Shown piece after piece: positions 9,620 to 18,730 of a DNA stretch of 55,157 nucleotides. The stretch's first letter is position 1. The number at the start of each line of letters is the position of its first letter. The notes beneath the pieces were generated by a model. The model saw nothing but the letters and a program-made list of their open reading frames with translations, had not been told where the DNA came from and did no database searches. Source of the DNA: an uncultured Anaerolineales bacterium (GTDB lineage Bacteria; Chloroflexota; Anaerolineae; Anaerolineales; UBA4823); the NCBI GenBank assembly GCA_903872065.1, contig CAIQJJ010000340.1, forward strand, positions 1 through 55,157, given 5' to 3'. The position numbers and the translations under genes are program-made.

Positions 9620-10024
9620 ATGGTTGAGCAAATGAGACGCTTGGTGTACATCGAGGACGAGGAAGAGATGATTGACCTCGTGCGGTTGATCCTTGTCCGT
9701 CGGGGTTTTGAGGTGTTGGGGGCAGGTGGTGGACGCCAGGGATTAGAGTTGATCCGGCAAAACTTGCCTGATCTGGTTTTGTTGGATCTGATGATGCCTG
9801 ATATGGATGGGTGGGATGTTTATCAGCAGATGAAGTCGGAAGAAGCTACACGGGATATTCCTGTCGTTGTTGTGACAGCCAAAGCGCAAAGTATTGATAA
9901 AGTCTTGGGTTTACACATCGCCAAGGTGGATGATTACATTTCTAAACCCTTCAGTCCGCAAGAGTTGGTTGACAGTATTGAAAAAGTCCTCTCCCGACGA
10001 AAACAAGCTCTTGGGAATAAGTGA
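9620..10024 (+). CDS. Single-domain response regulator (CheY-like receiver)
   Basis: Acidic pocket YIEDEEE, phospho-acceptor context DLVLLDLMMPDMDG, VVVVTAK and ISKPF. SD AAGGAGG lies upstream of the ATG. Confidence 0.9.
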   Translation: MVEQMRRLVYIEDEEEMIDLVRLILVRRGFEVLGAGGGRQGLELIRQNLPDLVLLDLMMPDMDGWDVYQQMKSEEATRDIPVVVVTAKAQSIDKVLGLHIAKVDDYISKPFSPQELVDSIEKVLSRRKQALGNK

Positions 10025-10077
10025 AAGCAAACTAACAGGGTGACCGCTGGTTGCTCCGTTGTGGTTTGAGCGTCCGC

Positions 10078-10470
10078 ATGAAATCCAGTAACCTAAAATA
10101 TGTAACCCTCCATAATCTGACTCGCCCCAGGCCGCGTCCATTCGTGGCGCAGTATTGCTCATCCTTTTTTTGTCGTCTCCGTGGCCTGATGTTTCGTCGT
10201 GAGTTGCCGTCTGAACAGGGAATTTTGTTGGTGCAGAGTCGAGACAGCCGCGCGGACTCTTCGATTCACATGTTGTTTATGTGGATGGATATCGCCGTGG
10301 TTTGGATCAATAATGCTGGCGAAGTGGTTGACACTTGTCTGGCGCGGCGTTGGCGTCCCGCTTATTTTTCCAAATCCCCGGCGCGCTATGTCCTTGAAAT
10401 GTCCACACAATACCTGAATGACTTTCAAATTGGTGATAAGGTGCGTTTTGAAGAAGCCTGGGTGGATTAG
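10078..10470 (+). CDS. DUF192 domain protein
   Basis: Pattern RLRGLMFRRELPSEQGILL ... MWMDIAVVWINNAGEVV ... ARYVLEM ... IGDKV matches the DUF192 consensus. Start chosen at the internal ATG 10078 (ORF opens at 10051). Confidence 0.7.
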   Translation: MKSSNLKYVTLHNLTRPRPRPFVAQYCSSFFCRLRGLMFRRELPSEQGILLVQSRDSRADSSIHMLFMWMDIAVVWINNAGEVVDTCLARRWRPAYFSKSPARYVLEMSTQYLNDFQIGDKVRFEEAWVD

Positions 10471-11842
10471 TCTCCTGTTCATTTGGCTGTTGTTGATTCC
10501 GACAGGGATATGTTGGGCGCAGGAGGGACGAGGACCTGTTTATGTAGTCCAGCCGGGGGATACGTTGTGGACGATTGCACAGCGTTTTGGCGTTTCAGTG
10601 GATGTATTGGCCAGTTATAACGGGATTAATGATCCCGGTCAGTTGTCCGCAGATGCAGAACTGATTATCCCTGGTTTGACGGGCTTGAGTGGGATTTTGA
10701 CTACCCAAAACGTTGGTTATGGAGAAACTTTGCGTAGTTTGAGCCGTCGCTACCAGACCTCTGAGAAACTGCTGGCGCGCTTGAATCATATTGTCAGTCC
10801 GAATGAGCTTTATGCGGGGATTGAATTAATTTTGCCCCAGTCAAGCCAGGTGCAAGCAGGAAAAGAGCGCGTGGCGGTTGGAGCAGGGAATTCCTTACTT
10901 GAGATGGCCGTTCTTGAGCGTGCTAATCCCTGGGCCTTGCTCAAAGCGAATTCATTGCGTGGGATTTGGGCCGCAATCCCCGGAGATATATTGCGCGTGC
11001 CAGGCGGCGCAGATGATGAGGGGCCTGGCGCTCTGCCACAAACCATCACTGGTATTCAAGTGGGGCCATTGCCGATTACCCAGGGCAAAACGGTGATATT
11101 TCGGGTGGAGGCCCCTGCGAATTTATCTCTCAGCGGCAGTTTCACCGGCCATGAATTGCATTTTTTTGAACTGGGGGCCGGCCATTATGTTGCTTTACAG
11201 GGCGTCCATGCTTTGACTGAACCAGGTTTCTATTCTGTGACGCTTCAGGGTCTTCTTCCTGACGGGACGAAATTTGATTTTTCGCAGCTCGTCTATGTGC
11301 GTGATGGCGGCTATCCTTACGATCCCCCCCTGGTGGTGGATCCAGCGACCATCGATCCGGCTGTTACCAAACCTGAAGATGAGCAATGGGCTGCCCTGGT
11401 CACGCCGGTGACCGCGCAGCGCTATTGGAATGGCAAATTCCAAACGCCCTCGCCCTTGGGTCTTGAATACGGCTTTCCGTCGCTGTTTGGCAACCGTCGC
11501 GCCTACAATGGCGGTACCTACGATCGTTTCCACGGCGGCCTGGATATGTACGGCGATACCGGTACAGAGATTTTAGCGCCGGCTGCCGGGCAGGTTGTTT
11601 TCACCGGGCTGTTGACGGTGCGCGGCAACGCCATTTCGATCGACCATGGCTGGGGCGTTTATACCGGCTTCATGCACCTTTCGGAGATTAAGGTAGCTGT
11701 CGGTGATAAGGTAGAGCCAGGCCAACTGATTGGCCTGGCTGGTGGCACCGGGCGCGTAAGCGGCCCACACTTACACTTTGAAGTGTGGGTTGGCGGCGTT
11801 CAAGTGGACCCTTTAGATTGGTTGATGCAAGAGTATCCCTGA
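10418..11842 (+). CDS. Secreted LysM-domain M23 metallopeptidase (cell-wall hydrolase)
   Basis: Signal-like WISLLFIWLLLIPTGICWA and LysM YVVQPGDTLWTIAQRFGV. M23 motifs HGGLDM ... IDHGWGVYTGFMHL ... GPHLHFEV. Start is uncertain: a TTG at 10448 would give M-KKPGW and shorten the overlap with DUF192. Confidence 0.85.
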   Translation: MTFKLVIRCVLKKPGWISLLFIWLLLIPTGICWAQEGRGPVYVVQPGDTLWTIAQRFGVSVDVLASYNGINDPGQLSADAELIIPGLTGLSGILTTQNVGYGETLRSLSRRYQTSEKLLARLNHIVSPNELYAGIELILPQSSQVQAGKERVAVGAGNSLLEMAVLERANPWALLKANSLRGIWAAIPGDILRVPGGADDEGPGALPQTITGIQVGPLPITQGKTVIFRVEAPANLSLSGSFTGHELHFFELGAGHYVALQGVHALTEPGFYSVTLQGLLPDGTKFDFSQLVYVRDGGYPYDPPLVVDPATIDPAVTKPEDEQWAALVTPVTAQRYWNGKFQTPSPLGLEYGFPSLFGNRRAYNGGTYDRFHGGLDMYGDTGTEILAPAAGQVVFTGLLTVRGNAISIDHGWGVYTGFMHLSEIKVAVGDKVEPGQLIGLAGGTGRVSGPHLHFEVWVGGVQVDPLDWLMQEYP

Positions 11843-11867
11843 CGTACTTTTTTCAGATGCAAGTGCG

Positions 11868-12155
11868 TCAGGCTTGATCCTCTTCATCGTCAGAATCGCC
11901 ATTATAATTGCCCAACTCTTCCAGCTTTCCGGCGTTATAATCGGCGATCAACTGGCGTGCAGCTTCAGCAAACTCTGCTGGTACAATGATTTGCACCTTA
12001 CCCAAAGCTGGGATTGTAATGCCAATTGCACGAGCGGCGCTTTCTTCAGAGAGCATGACAGGGATATCCTGGGCTTTGAGCAGGCCGCGCAGCATTTCGG
12101 CTTGCAATTCCCCGGCAACTTCTTCGACAATGACCAACTTTTGTTCTGTGTTCAT
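11868..12155 (-). CDS. DUF2007-like small protein (putative signal-transducing, PII-like fold) with an acidic tail
   Basis: MNTEQKLVIVEEVAGELQAEMLRGLLKAQDIPVML ... VQIIVPAEFAEAARQLI fits the DUF2007 pattern. The ATG at 12155 is preceded by GGAGGT (12161-12166 on the minus strand). Confidence 0.6.
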   Translation of the reverse strand: MNTEQKLVIVEEVAGELQAEMLRGLLKAQDIPVMLSEESAARAIGITIPALGKVQIIVPAEFAEAARQLIADYNAGKLEELGNYNGDSDDEEDQA

Positions 12156-12218
12156 AGGAGACCTCCGCAAACAAAATCACCGAATTGTGCCACTTTTATC
12201 CAAATCGGTGTTAAATAG

Positions 12219-12247
12219 GTGAAATAGAGCTTCTCATAGAGTATAAT
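12219..12247 (+). promoter_or_regulatory. Candidate sigma70-type promoter for the 528-aa unknown gene
   Basis: GTGAAA (12219-12224), 17-nt spacer, TATAAT (12242-12247). Confidence 0.35.
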
Positions 12248-12355
12248 ATCATCCGGTTAAAAAAGCTAATCGGTAGGGTGGGGGCTTCGGTTTTGTCGGC
12301 CCAGCACGACAGGGCCAGGCGAGCACCCGCCGAATTTTCCGTTTCGAGGCGTTGT

Positions 12356-13942
12356 ATGGTTGTTGCACCTGTATCACTCCGAGAAAACTATTGGAGTGAG
12401 TTTGAAATTTTGCAAAGTGATATCGAATTTTTGTATAACCATCTGATGGAGATTGAGAGCCCCCAAACCTCTCATGAACTGGTAGATGCGCTTGTGCGCG
12501 AGCGAATTCGGTGTGAGCGTGAAGTGATCGATCGCCAGCGAAGTTCAGGGGGGGCGATCTATTTTCCCAAAGATACTTATTCTGTGGGACAGCGGTTGAT
12601 TTTCCCGATCTTTGGTTGGCAGCAGGGAGAAGTGGTTAACGTTCGCCCTGGCAACAACCCTGATATCGGGGTTTTCTCAGTCATTCGGGTAAAGTATGAC
12701 AATGGCGAGGAAAAAGAGTTGGCCGCTGGCTTGCCCGAACACGAATTAAATCGCCCACCAGAAATTGTCGAAGATTGCCAGGCGTTGGACGCAGAATGGG
12801 TAATGCAAAACCACGGCAAAGATCTGGCGGCCTGCCTTGAAAATCAGTTGGTTGCACGCTCGGTTGAATTTGCCCGTGTGGGCTTTCATTGGTTCCCGCG
12901 CGCCTTATTGGTGGATATCCACGATGGACACCTCAACCTGGCTGAAGCAGTGTTGGATATGGCTGGCGGTGGGCCGATGCCTACATTGGATCTTATGAGG
13001 CAGGTTGAACTGCCAGCCGGCGCCAATCCGCGTTTGGTGGCGTTTTCAATGGATTTATCCCTCCAGGAAGACCCTCGTTTCGATGAAGTTGGCCCGGCCG
13101 GGGAGATCGTCTGGTATTTGCATCGCCTGGAGCCAGAAGGAGTGCAGCACCCTCCCTTGTGGTTGCGCTACAATGAAGTGGAATACGATCGTCGTTTGCT
13201 GACTGACCCCATGCTGGTTTTGGAACGCGAGTTGGATGATGAACTTTCTCCGGTTGAGGGCAAGATTTCCACTGCGGATGAAGTCCAGGTACGCTTGATT
13301 TATCCCCACTGGCGGGCAGGAACGCTGCCGCTCTCGACGCGTGTGAGTCATTTATTCCCCACTGCATTTCAGACGCCGCGTATTCGCTTCACGCTGGTGG
13401 ATGGGGCGACCGGGCACAAGTTTCCCGCCTGGGTGGTGCGTCCTAATCGTTATGTCTATGGGCTGCGCGAATGGTATCAGTCAAAAAACCTCATCCCTGG
13501 CAGCCTTGTGACACTGCGCCGGGGGAAGCAGCCTGGGGAGGTTATTGTCCAGGCTGAAAATCGCCGGCTGATTAAAGAGTATTTGCGCACAGTTCTGGTT
13601 GGCTCAGATGGCGGCACGGTTTTTGCCATGCTGAAGCAAAATTTGACTTCGATCATTGATGAGCGTATGGTGGTGGCCGTTCCGGATGTGGAGGCGCTTG
13701 ACCAGGTTTGGCAGCGCAACCAAAAAGACCGTTCGCCTTTTGAGCGTATCGTGGTTAACACTGTGCGAGAATTGGCGCGTCTGAATCCACAGAGTCATGT
13801 TCATGCCAGCGAATTATACGCCGCGGTGAATATTACTCGTCGCTGTCCACCTGGCCCACTATTAGCTTTGTTGGCCTCTCGTCCCTGGTTCAACCATGTT
13901 GGCGATATGCACTTTCGTTTTGATGATTCGGAGAAAGGTTAA
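12356..13942 (+). CDS. Hypothetical protein, no recognisable family (528 aa from ATG 12356; ORF opens at GTG 12278)
   Basis: Long ORF with coding-like composition, and GAGG lies 6 nt upstream of ATG 12356. It contains two short SH3/KOW-like segments (GQRLIFPIFGWQQGEVVNV; GSLVTLRRGKQPGEVIV). I see no catalytic motif. Confidence 0.6.
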   Translation: MVVAPVSLRENYWSEFEILQSDIEFLYNHLMEIESPQTSHELVDALVRERIRCEREVIDRQRSSGGAIYFPKDTYSVGQRLIFPIFGWQQGEVVNVRPGNNPDIGVFSVIRVKYDNGEEKELAAGLPEHELNRPPEIVEDCQALDAEWVMQNHGKDLAACLENQLVARSVEFARVGFHWFPRALLVDIHDGHLNLAEAVLDMAGGGPMPTLDLMRQVELPAGANPRLVAFSMDLSLQEDPRFDEVGPAGEIVWYLHRLEPEGVQHPPLWLRYNEVEYDRRLLTDPMLVLERELDDELSPVEGKISTADEVQVRLIYPHWRAGTLPLSTRVSHLFPTAFQTPRIRFTLVDGATGHKFPAWVVRPNRYVYGLREWYQSKNLIPGSLVTLRRGKQPGEVIVQAENRRLIKEYLRTVLVGSDGGTVFAMLKQNLTSIIDERMVVAVPDVEALDQVWQRNQKDRSPFERIVVNTVRELARLNPQSHVHASELYAAVNITRRCPPGPLLALLASRPWFNHVGDMHFRFDDSEKG

Positions 13943-14019
13943 TCCTATGTTTTTCTGCGGCGCTGCCGTGGAGGCGTGCTGCCATTTTGGTATATCACCC
14001 TTGAAGAGAGGAGGTCTTT

Positions 14020-14463
14020 GTGCCAGAAAATCGCCGTTTTAGTCTGGCAAAACCCACTTTGCAGACTCGCTTTCACATTGACTTTGATTGGTGGAGTCAG
14101 AATGATAATGATTGGCGAGTTTTTTTGCAGGGGTTGCTTTGCCCGATGCACCAACAATTGTTTGCTGATCCATCGAATATTGAGACGGTGGATTTTATTG
14201 ACCCCCATACGGCTGAGATTCAACGGGTGGACGGGTTACAGCATCTTTTGATCTCGCATTGCGCTCGCCAACCCGATTTTTTTAATCCTCACACGGCTTT
14301 GGTAGATGCAGTCTTCCGAGTCTTTTTGTCCAATGGGAATGTCCCTCTAACCTCAGCCGAGTTAAGTGAGCGATTAGGCAAGCCGCCTGAAACCATTTTG
14401 CGCACGTTCTCTGGCGGCACCGTATATTGTGGCGTTCGTCCTGTGATGGAGCATGATCACTAG
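14020..14463 (+). CDS. Hypothetical protein (147 aa), no recognisable family
   Basis: GTG start with GGAGG at 14010-14014 and a 5-nt spacer. The possible HTH-like C-terminus is LTSAELSERLGKPPETILRTF. Confidence 0.55.
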   Translation: MPENRRFSLAKPTLQTRFHIDFDWWSQNDNDWRVFLQGLLCPMHQQLFADPSNIETVDFIDPHTAEIQRVDGLQHLLISHCARQPDFFNPHTALVDAVFRVFLSNGNVPLTSAELSERLGKPPETILRTFSGGTVYCGVRPVMEHDH

Positions 14464-14482
14464 GACAGAATAAGCAAAGATA

Positions 14483-14555
14483 GCTCCTCTAGCTCAATGG
14501 ACAGAGCAGCAGCCTTCTAAGCTGTTGGTTGTGGGTTCGAGTCCCACGAGGGGCG
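14483..14555 (+). tRNA. tRNA-Arg (anticodon UCU)
   Basis: Hand-folded cloverleaf of 73 nt. Acceptor GCTCCTC/GAGGGGC, D stem GCTC/GAGC, anticodon stem GCAGC/GCTGT with loop CTTCTAA, T arm GTGGG-TTCGAGT-CCCAC. CCA is not encoded. Confidence 0.9.
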
Positions 14556-14582
14556 CCTGTATCCTAAAATAAGGAGATCTAT

Positions 14583-15107
14583 ATGAGTACTTTACGTAAA
14601 GGTTTAATTAAGTTTGCTGGTAAAGATGTAACAGTTGTTGGCGATGATGTGTCTGTGGGGCAGAAAGCCCCCGAATTTACTGTTCACGCACAGGATTGGT
14701 CGGTAGTCAATGCGCTGGAAAGTACGCAAGGCAAGGTGCGTATTATCGGTTCATTGCCTTCTTTCAATACCTCAGTCTGTGATCGTGAGACGCGGCGTTT
14801 CAACGTCGAAGCCGCCTCCCTGGGCGATGGAATCGCAATTTTGATGTTGAGTATGGACTTACCTTTCACACTCAAAAATTGGTGCGCCGCGGCCGGGGTA
14901 GATAAAGTGGTTACCCTTTCGGATCATCAAAATGGCGACTTTGGTGAAAAATATGGCGTTTTGATCCAGGAAAATCGCATCTTCCGCCGCGCCATCTTCG
15001 TTGTAGACAGCAGTGATACAGTGGTTTATGCCGCCTACATGTCGGCCTTGGGCGATGAACCCAATTATGCCGAGGTGTTGGAAGCTGCGCGGGCAGCTTT
15101 AAAGTAA
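14583..15107 (+). CDS. tpx: Thiol peroxidase (atypical 2-Cys peroxiredoxin Tpx)
   Basis: GQKAPEFTV ... SLPSFNTSVCDRETRRFN is the Tpx peroxidatic-Cys signature. The length of 174 aa is typical. Confidence 0.9.
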   Translation: MSTLRKGLIKFAGKDVTVVGDDVSVGQKAPEFTVHAQDWSVVNALESTQGKVRIIGSLPSFNTSVCDRETRRFNVEAASLGDGIAILMLSMDLPFTLKNWCAAAGVDKVVTLSDHQNGDFGEKYGVLIQENRIFRRAIFVVDSSDTVVYAAYMSALGDEPNYAEVLEAARAALK

Positions 15108-15162
15108 TTGGACGGAGTAGTCTGCGCGTTTCCGTACTCATTCCATGATTTGGAGGTGTTGT

Positions 15163-15588
15163 ATGTTAGAAACCAAACTCCGCAATGACCCGGCCCGTTC
15201 GGGGTGGTATACTCCCAACGAAGTACAGTATCTCACTTCGGATGGTTTGAACTGGCGTGTGATTTCACGCCATCATATCTGGCGCCCGCCAGTGGATGTG
15301 TTTGAAACGGATGAAGCCTTGGTGGTGCGCGTCGAGGTGGCTGGGGTGCGCGAATCGGATTTCGAAATCGCTCTGGAAGGAAATATATTGAGTATTCATG
15401 GCGTTCGGCAGGACTTATCAGAGCGTCGCGCTTATCATCAAATGGAAATTCGTTTTGGTGAATTTGGTGTTGAAATTGAATTGCCAGTCTCTATCGAATC
15501 GCAGCAAGTTCAGGCGGTTTATCGAGATGGGTTCTTGCGCGTCACTTTGCCAAAAGTTCAGTCGCGTCAAATTCATATCAAGGAATAA
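15163..15588 (+). CDS. Hsp20/alpha-crystallin family small heat-shock protein
   Basis: [23 protein letters not shown] ... [12 protein letters not shown] ... [17 protein letters not shown] 15163 is preceded by GGAGG (15152-15156). Confidence 0.9.
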   Translation: MLETKLRNDPARSGWYTPNEVQYLTSDGLNWRVISRHHIWRPPVDVFETDEALVVRVEVAGVRESDFEIALEGNILSIHGVRQDLSERRAYHQMEIRFGEFGVEIELPVSIESQQVQAVYRDGFLRVTLPKVQSRQIHIKE

Positions 15589-15596
15589 ATAGATTC

Positions 15597-18308
15597 ATGC
15601 CGGCTTCGCGTTGGAATTCTTTTTCGGATATTGCTGAGTGGTTCACGGGCCATAACTGGCTCAAAGATAACAATATTCCCTTCAAAGACCTTTTGTTTCA
15701 AACGGCGTTAGCGGGGATTATTCCTACTTCGGGTGATGAAAAACCCGGGGCTGAGGACCCTGTCCAGGAGGATGGGGAATCCAGACTCGGGAAAATCCCC
15801 GCGGTTTTGCCTATTCTGCCGCTGAGAGGATTGGTGGTTTACCCACAGACGGCTGTCCCTCTGACGATTGGCCAGCCGCGTTCAATTCGCCTGGTGGATG
15901 ATGTAGTCTCTGGCGACGAACGTTTAATCGGTCTGTTGACTTCACGAGATCCTGAGTTAGAAAGCCCTGAACCGTCCGATCTGTATTTGGTGGGGACAAT
16001 CGCCATCGTCCATCGCTTGTTCCGCGCGCCGGATGGCACCATTCGTCTGTTGGTGCAGGGGATGGCGCGTTTTAAGGTGGGCGAATTCTTGCAGACCGAA
16101 CCATATCTCAAGGCCCAGATTCAACCTATCCCAGAGAGAGTTGAAGAGGGTCTGGAGATTGAAGCGCTGGCGCGGAATGCCCGCACGCAGTTTGAACGCA
16201 TTGCTGAGATGATCCCCTCCATTCCGCGCGAGCTGGTGGCTTCGGTCACTTCACTCGAGGATCCGCTGCAAACCGTCTACACCATTGCAAATTTTCAGCG
16301 GATGGAGTTGAAGGACGCGCAAGAAATTTTGGAACTTGACCCGATCTCGCGCAAACTGCATCGTTTGGTGGGCATTTTGGCGCGTGAGGTGGAAGTGCTA
16401 GAGATTGGACAGAAGATTCAGAACGATGCGCGTTCTGAGATCGAAAAAGTCCAACGCGAGTATTTCCTGCGTGAGCAAATGAAGGCGATTCAGAAAGAGT
16501 TGGGGGAGAATGATGAGCAAACCGCTGAAGTTAACGAACTGCGCCAAAAAATTGATGCGGCCAAAATGCCTGAGGAAGCAGACAAGCAGGCGCGGCGTGA
16601 GTTGGATCGCCTGTCGAAACTGCCGACTGCTGCTGCTGAATACAGTGTCATTCGCACTTACCTGGATTGGTTAGTATCTTTGCCCTGGTCAGTAAATTCT
16701 CAGGACAACCTGGAGATTGCCCACGCGCGTAAAGTGCTGGATCAAGATCATTATGGTCTTGAAGATGTGAAAGAACGCATTTTGGAATTTCTGGCGGTGC
16801 GCAAACTGCGCCAGGAACGCGCCGAAGAATTATCCAAACAGGTGCAGGATGACATTCGTCGTGTGCGCGAGGGTGTGATTTTGTGCTTTGTGGGGCCGCC
16901 TGGTGTGGGTAAGACTTCCTTAGGTCGTTCGATTGCCCGCTCGATGGGGCGCAAATTCGTCCGCGTGTCGTTGGGTGGGGTGCGCGATGAGGCCGAAATT
17001 CGAGGCCACCGACGCACTTATATCGGCGCGATGCCAGGGCGCATCTTACAGGCTTTGCGGCGCATCGAGACGCATAATCCAGTTTACATGCTCGATGAAA
17101 TTGATAAGTTGTCGTTTGATTTCCACGGCGACCCTGCCTCAGCTTTGCTCGAGGTGCTTGATCCCGAACAGAATTCAGAATTTCGTGATCATTACCTTGA
17201 AGTGGCTTTTGATCTATCCCAGGTCATGTTTATCACCACTGCCAATCAATTGGAGCCAATTCCGGCGCCCCTGCGGGATCGCATGGAGATCATTTCGATT
17301 GCTGGGTATACCGAAGGGGAGAAGATCAAGATTGCACAGCAATATCTGATCCCACGCCAGGTGCGTGAAAACGGTTTGCGGCATGAGGAGATCAGCTTCC
17401 GCGAAGATACCCTGCAAAGCCTGATCCGCTCCTATACCCGTGAAGCTGGCGTCCGTAATTTAGAACGGGAGATTGGGGCAGTGTGCCGCAAGGTGGTCAC
17501 GCGAATTGCTGAAGGAAAAACGCAGAAAGAAGCTGTGACCCCTGAATTGACGCGTGAATTTCTGGGCCGGCCTCACTTTTTTGGCAATGAAGAGATTGCC
17601 GTGCGCACAGCGATCCCTGGTGTGGCGACCGGGCTGGCTTATACGCCGGTTGGAGGGGATGTTCTCTTTATTGAAGCCACCCGCATGCCTGGCGGCAAGG
17701 GATTCCAGATTACTGGCTCGCTTGGAAATGTCATGCAAGAATCGGCTCGCGCCGCGTTATCGTTTGTGCGTTCGCGCGCCAATGACCTGGGGATTGAGTC
17801 CTCCTTCTTCGATAAGTCGGATATTCATTTGCACATTCCGGCTGGCGCGCAGCCCAAAGATGGGCCTTCGGCGGGCGTCACCATGGCGACCGCGTTGGTT
17901 TCACTTGTTTCTGGCCGGCCGGTAAAATCTTATGTTGGGATGACAGGAGAGATTACCTTGCGCGGCCAGGTGCTGCCGGTAGGAGGCATTAAAGAAAAAG
18001 TTTTGGCAGCGCATCGAAGTTGTTTGACGACGGTGATCTTGCCGCGGCGGAATGAAGCTGACCTTGAAGATTTACCCGAAGAAGTGCGCCAGGCAATCAA
18101 TTTTGTCTTTGTGGATACCGTGGATGAAGTTCTCCGCACGGCTCTTGAGCCAGCCAAACCTCTAGCGCCAAGCGAGCCGCCGGCTGCGCCGGCGGCTGAA
18201 CCTAAGGTTGAGGCAAAGACAGAAGCGACGACAGGCGGCGATGACGGTGTGAAACCTGAAGCAGCGCCAAAGAAGCGCGGTCGTAAGAAGGCCACAAACG
18301 AACAATAG
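15597..18308 (+). CDS. lon: ATP-dependent protease Lon (LonA type)
   Basis: LON N-domain, Walker [10 protein letters not shown], and protease motifs PKDGPSAGV and [10 protein letters not shown]. It also has an N-terminal extension of about 65 aa and a basic A/P/K-rich C-terminal tail (KKRGRKK). Confidence 0.95.
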   Translation: MPASRWNSFSDIAEWFTGHNWLKDNNIPFKDLLFQTALAGIIPTSGDEKPGAEDPVQEDGESRLGKIPAVLPILPLRGLVVYPQTAVPLTIGQPRSIRLVDDVVSGDERLIGLLTSRDPELESPEPSDLYLVGTIAIVHRLFRAPDGTIRLLVQGMARFKVGEFLQTEPYLKAQIQPIPERVEEGLEIEALARNARTQFERIAEMIPSIPRELVASVTSLEDPLQTVYTIANFQRMELKDAQEILELDPISRKLHRLVGILAREVEVLEIGQKIQNDARSEIEKVQREYFLREQMKAIQKELGENDEQTAEVNELRQKIDAAKMPEEADKQARRELDRLSKLPTAAAEYSVIRTYLDWLVSLPWSVNSQDNLEIAHARKVLDQDHYGLEDVKERILEFLAVRKLRQERAEELSKQVQDDIRRVREGVILCFVGPPGVGKTSLGRSIARSMGRKFVRVSLGGVRDEAEIRGHRRTYIGAMPGRILQALRRIETHNPVYMLDEIDKLSFDFHGDPASALLEVLDPEQNSEFRDHYLEVAFDLSQVMFITTANQLEPIPAPLRDRMEIISIAGYTEGEKIKIAQQYLIPRQVRENGLRHEEISFREDTLQSLIRSYTREAGVRNLEREIGAVCRKVVTRIAEGKTQKEAVTPELTREFLGRPHFFGNEEIAVRTAIPGVATGLAYTPVGGDVLFIEATRMPGGKGFQITGSLGNVMQESARAALSFVRSRANDLGIESSFFDKSDIHLHIPAGAQPKDGPSAGVTMATALVSLVSGRPVKSYVGMTGEITLRGQVLPVGGIKEKVLAAHRSCLTTVILPRRNEADLEDLPEEVRQAINFVFVDTVDEVLRTALEPAKPLAPSEPPAAPAAEPKVEAKTEATTGGDDGVKPEAAPKKRGRKKATNEQ

Positions 18309-18353
18309 AACTGTTTTTTTGATCTTGATGTTTCACCTTTTAAGGAGATTTTT

Positions 18354-18722
18354 ATGCCCAAGGTGATGTTAATTGAAGATGATGCAACCATGCTCTCATT
18401 GGTAAGCACGTTGCTTGATATGGAAGGCTTTGAGGTAGCAGCGATCACTAAGGAAAATTCAGCCGAAGCGGTTGTGGAAACTGTACGAAAGGTGAATCCC
18501 GCGGTGGCGATGATTGATGTCCATGTCCGGCAGATTAGTGGGTTGGATGTGGTCCGCCGTATGCGCCAACTTGCAGAATTGAATTCCGTCCGTGTGCTGA
18601 TGGTCTCAGGAATGGATTGGCACGACGAGTGCCTGGCGGCTGGCGCAGATAGCTTTATCCTTAAACCATTTATGCCTGATGATTTGATTAAGAGAATTGC
18701 AGCTTTAGCAAACAAAAAATGA
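18354..18722 (+). CDS. Single-domain response regulator (receiver only)
   Basis: LIEDD, AMIDVHV (acceptor Asp), LMVSG and ILKPF. SD AAGGAG lies upstream. Confidence 0.9.
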   Translation: MPKVMLIEDDATMLSLVSTLLDMEGFEVAAITKENSAEAVVETVRKVNPAVAMIDVHVRQISGLDVVRRMRQLAELNSVRVLMVSGMDWHDECLAAGADSFILKPFMPDDLIKRIAALANKK

Positions 18723-18730
18723 TTTGATCT

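Noticed and set aside
14483-14555. tRNA-Arg as the attachment site of a genomic island
   Set aside because: The window has no integrase, excisionase or phage/plasmid genes. I did not spot a direct repeat of the tRNA 3-prime end, though I could not search exhaustively by eye.
15108-15162. A CIRCE or other heat-shock operator upstream of hsp20
   Set aside because: Only a 5-bp imperfect inverted repeat (gagta / tactc) is present, and nothing resembles TTAGCACTC-N9-GAGTGCTAA.
15597-18308. Lon as a BrxL-like or defence-associated protease linked to the AlbA_2 protein
   Set aside because: It is a full LonA (LON N-domain, AAA+, S16 protease) paired with hsp20. No BREX-type partners (PglX or PglZ) are present.
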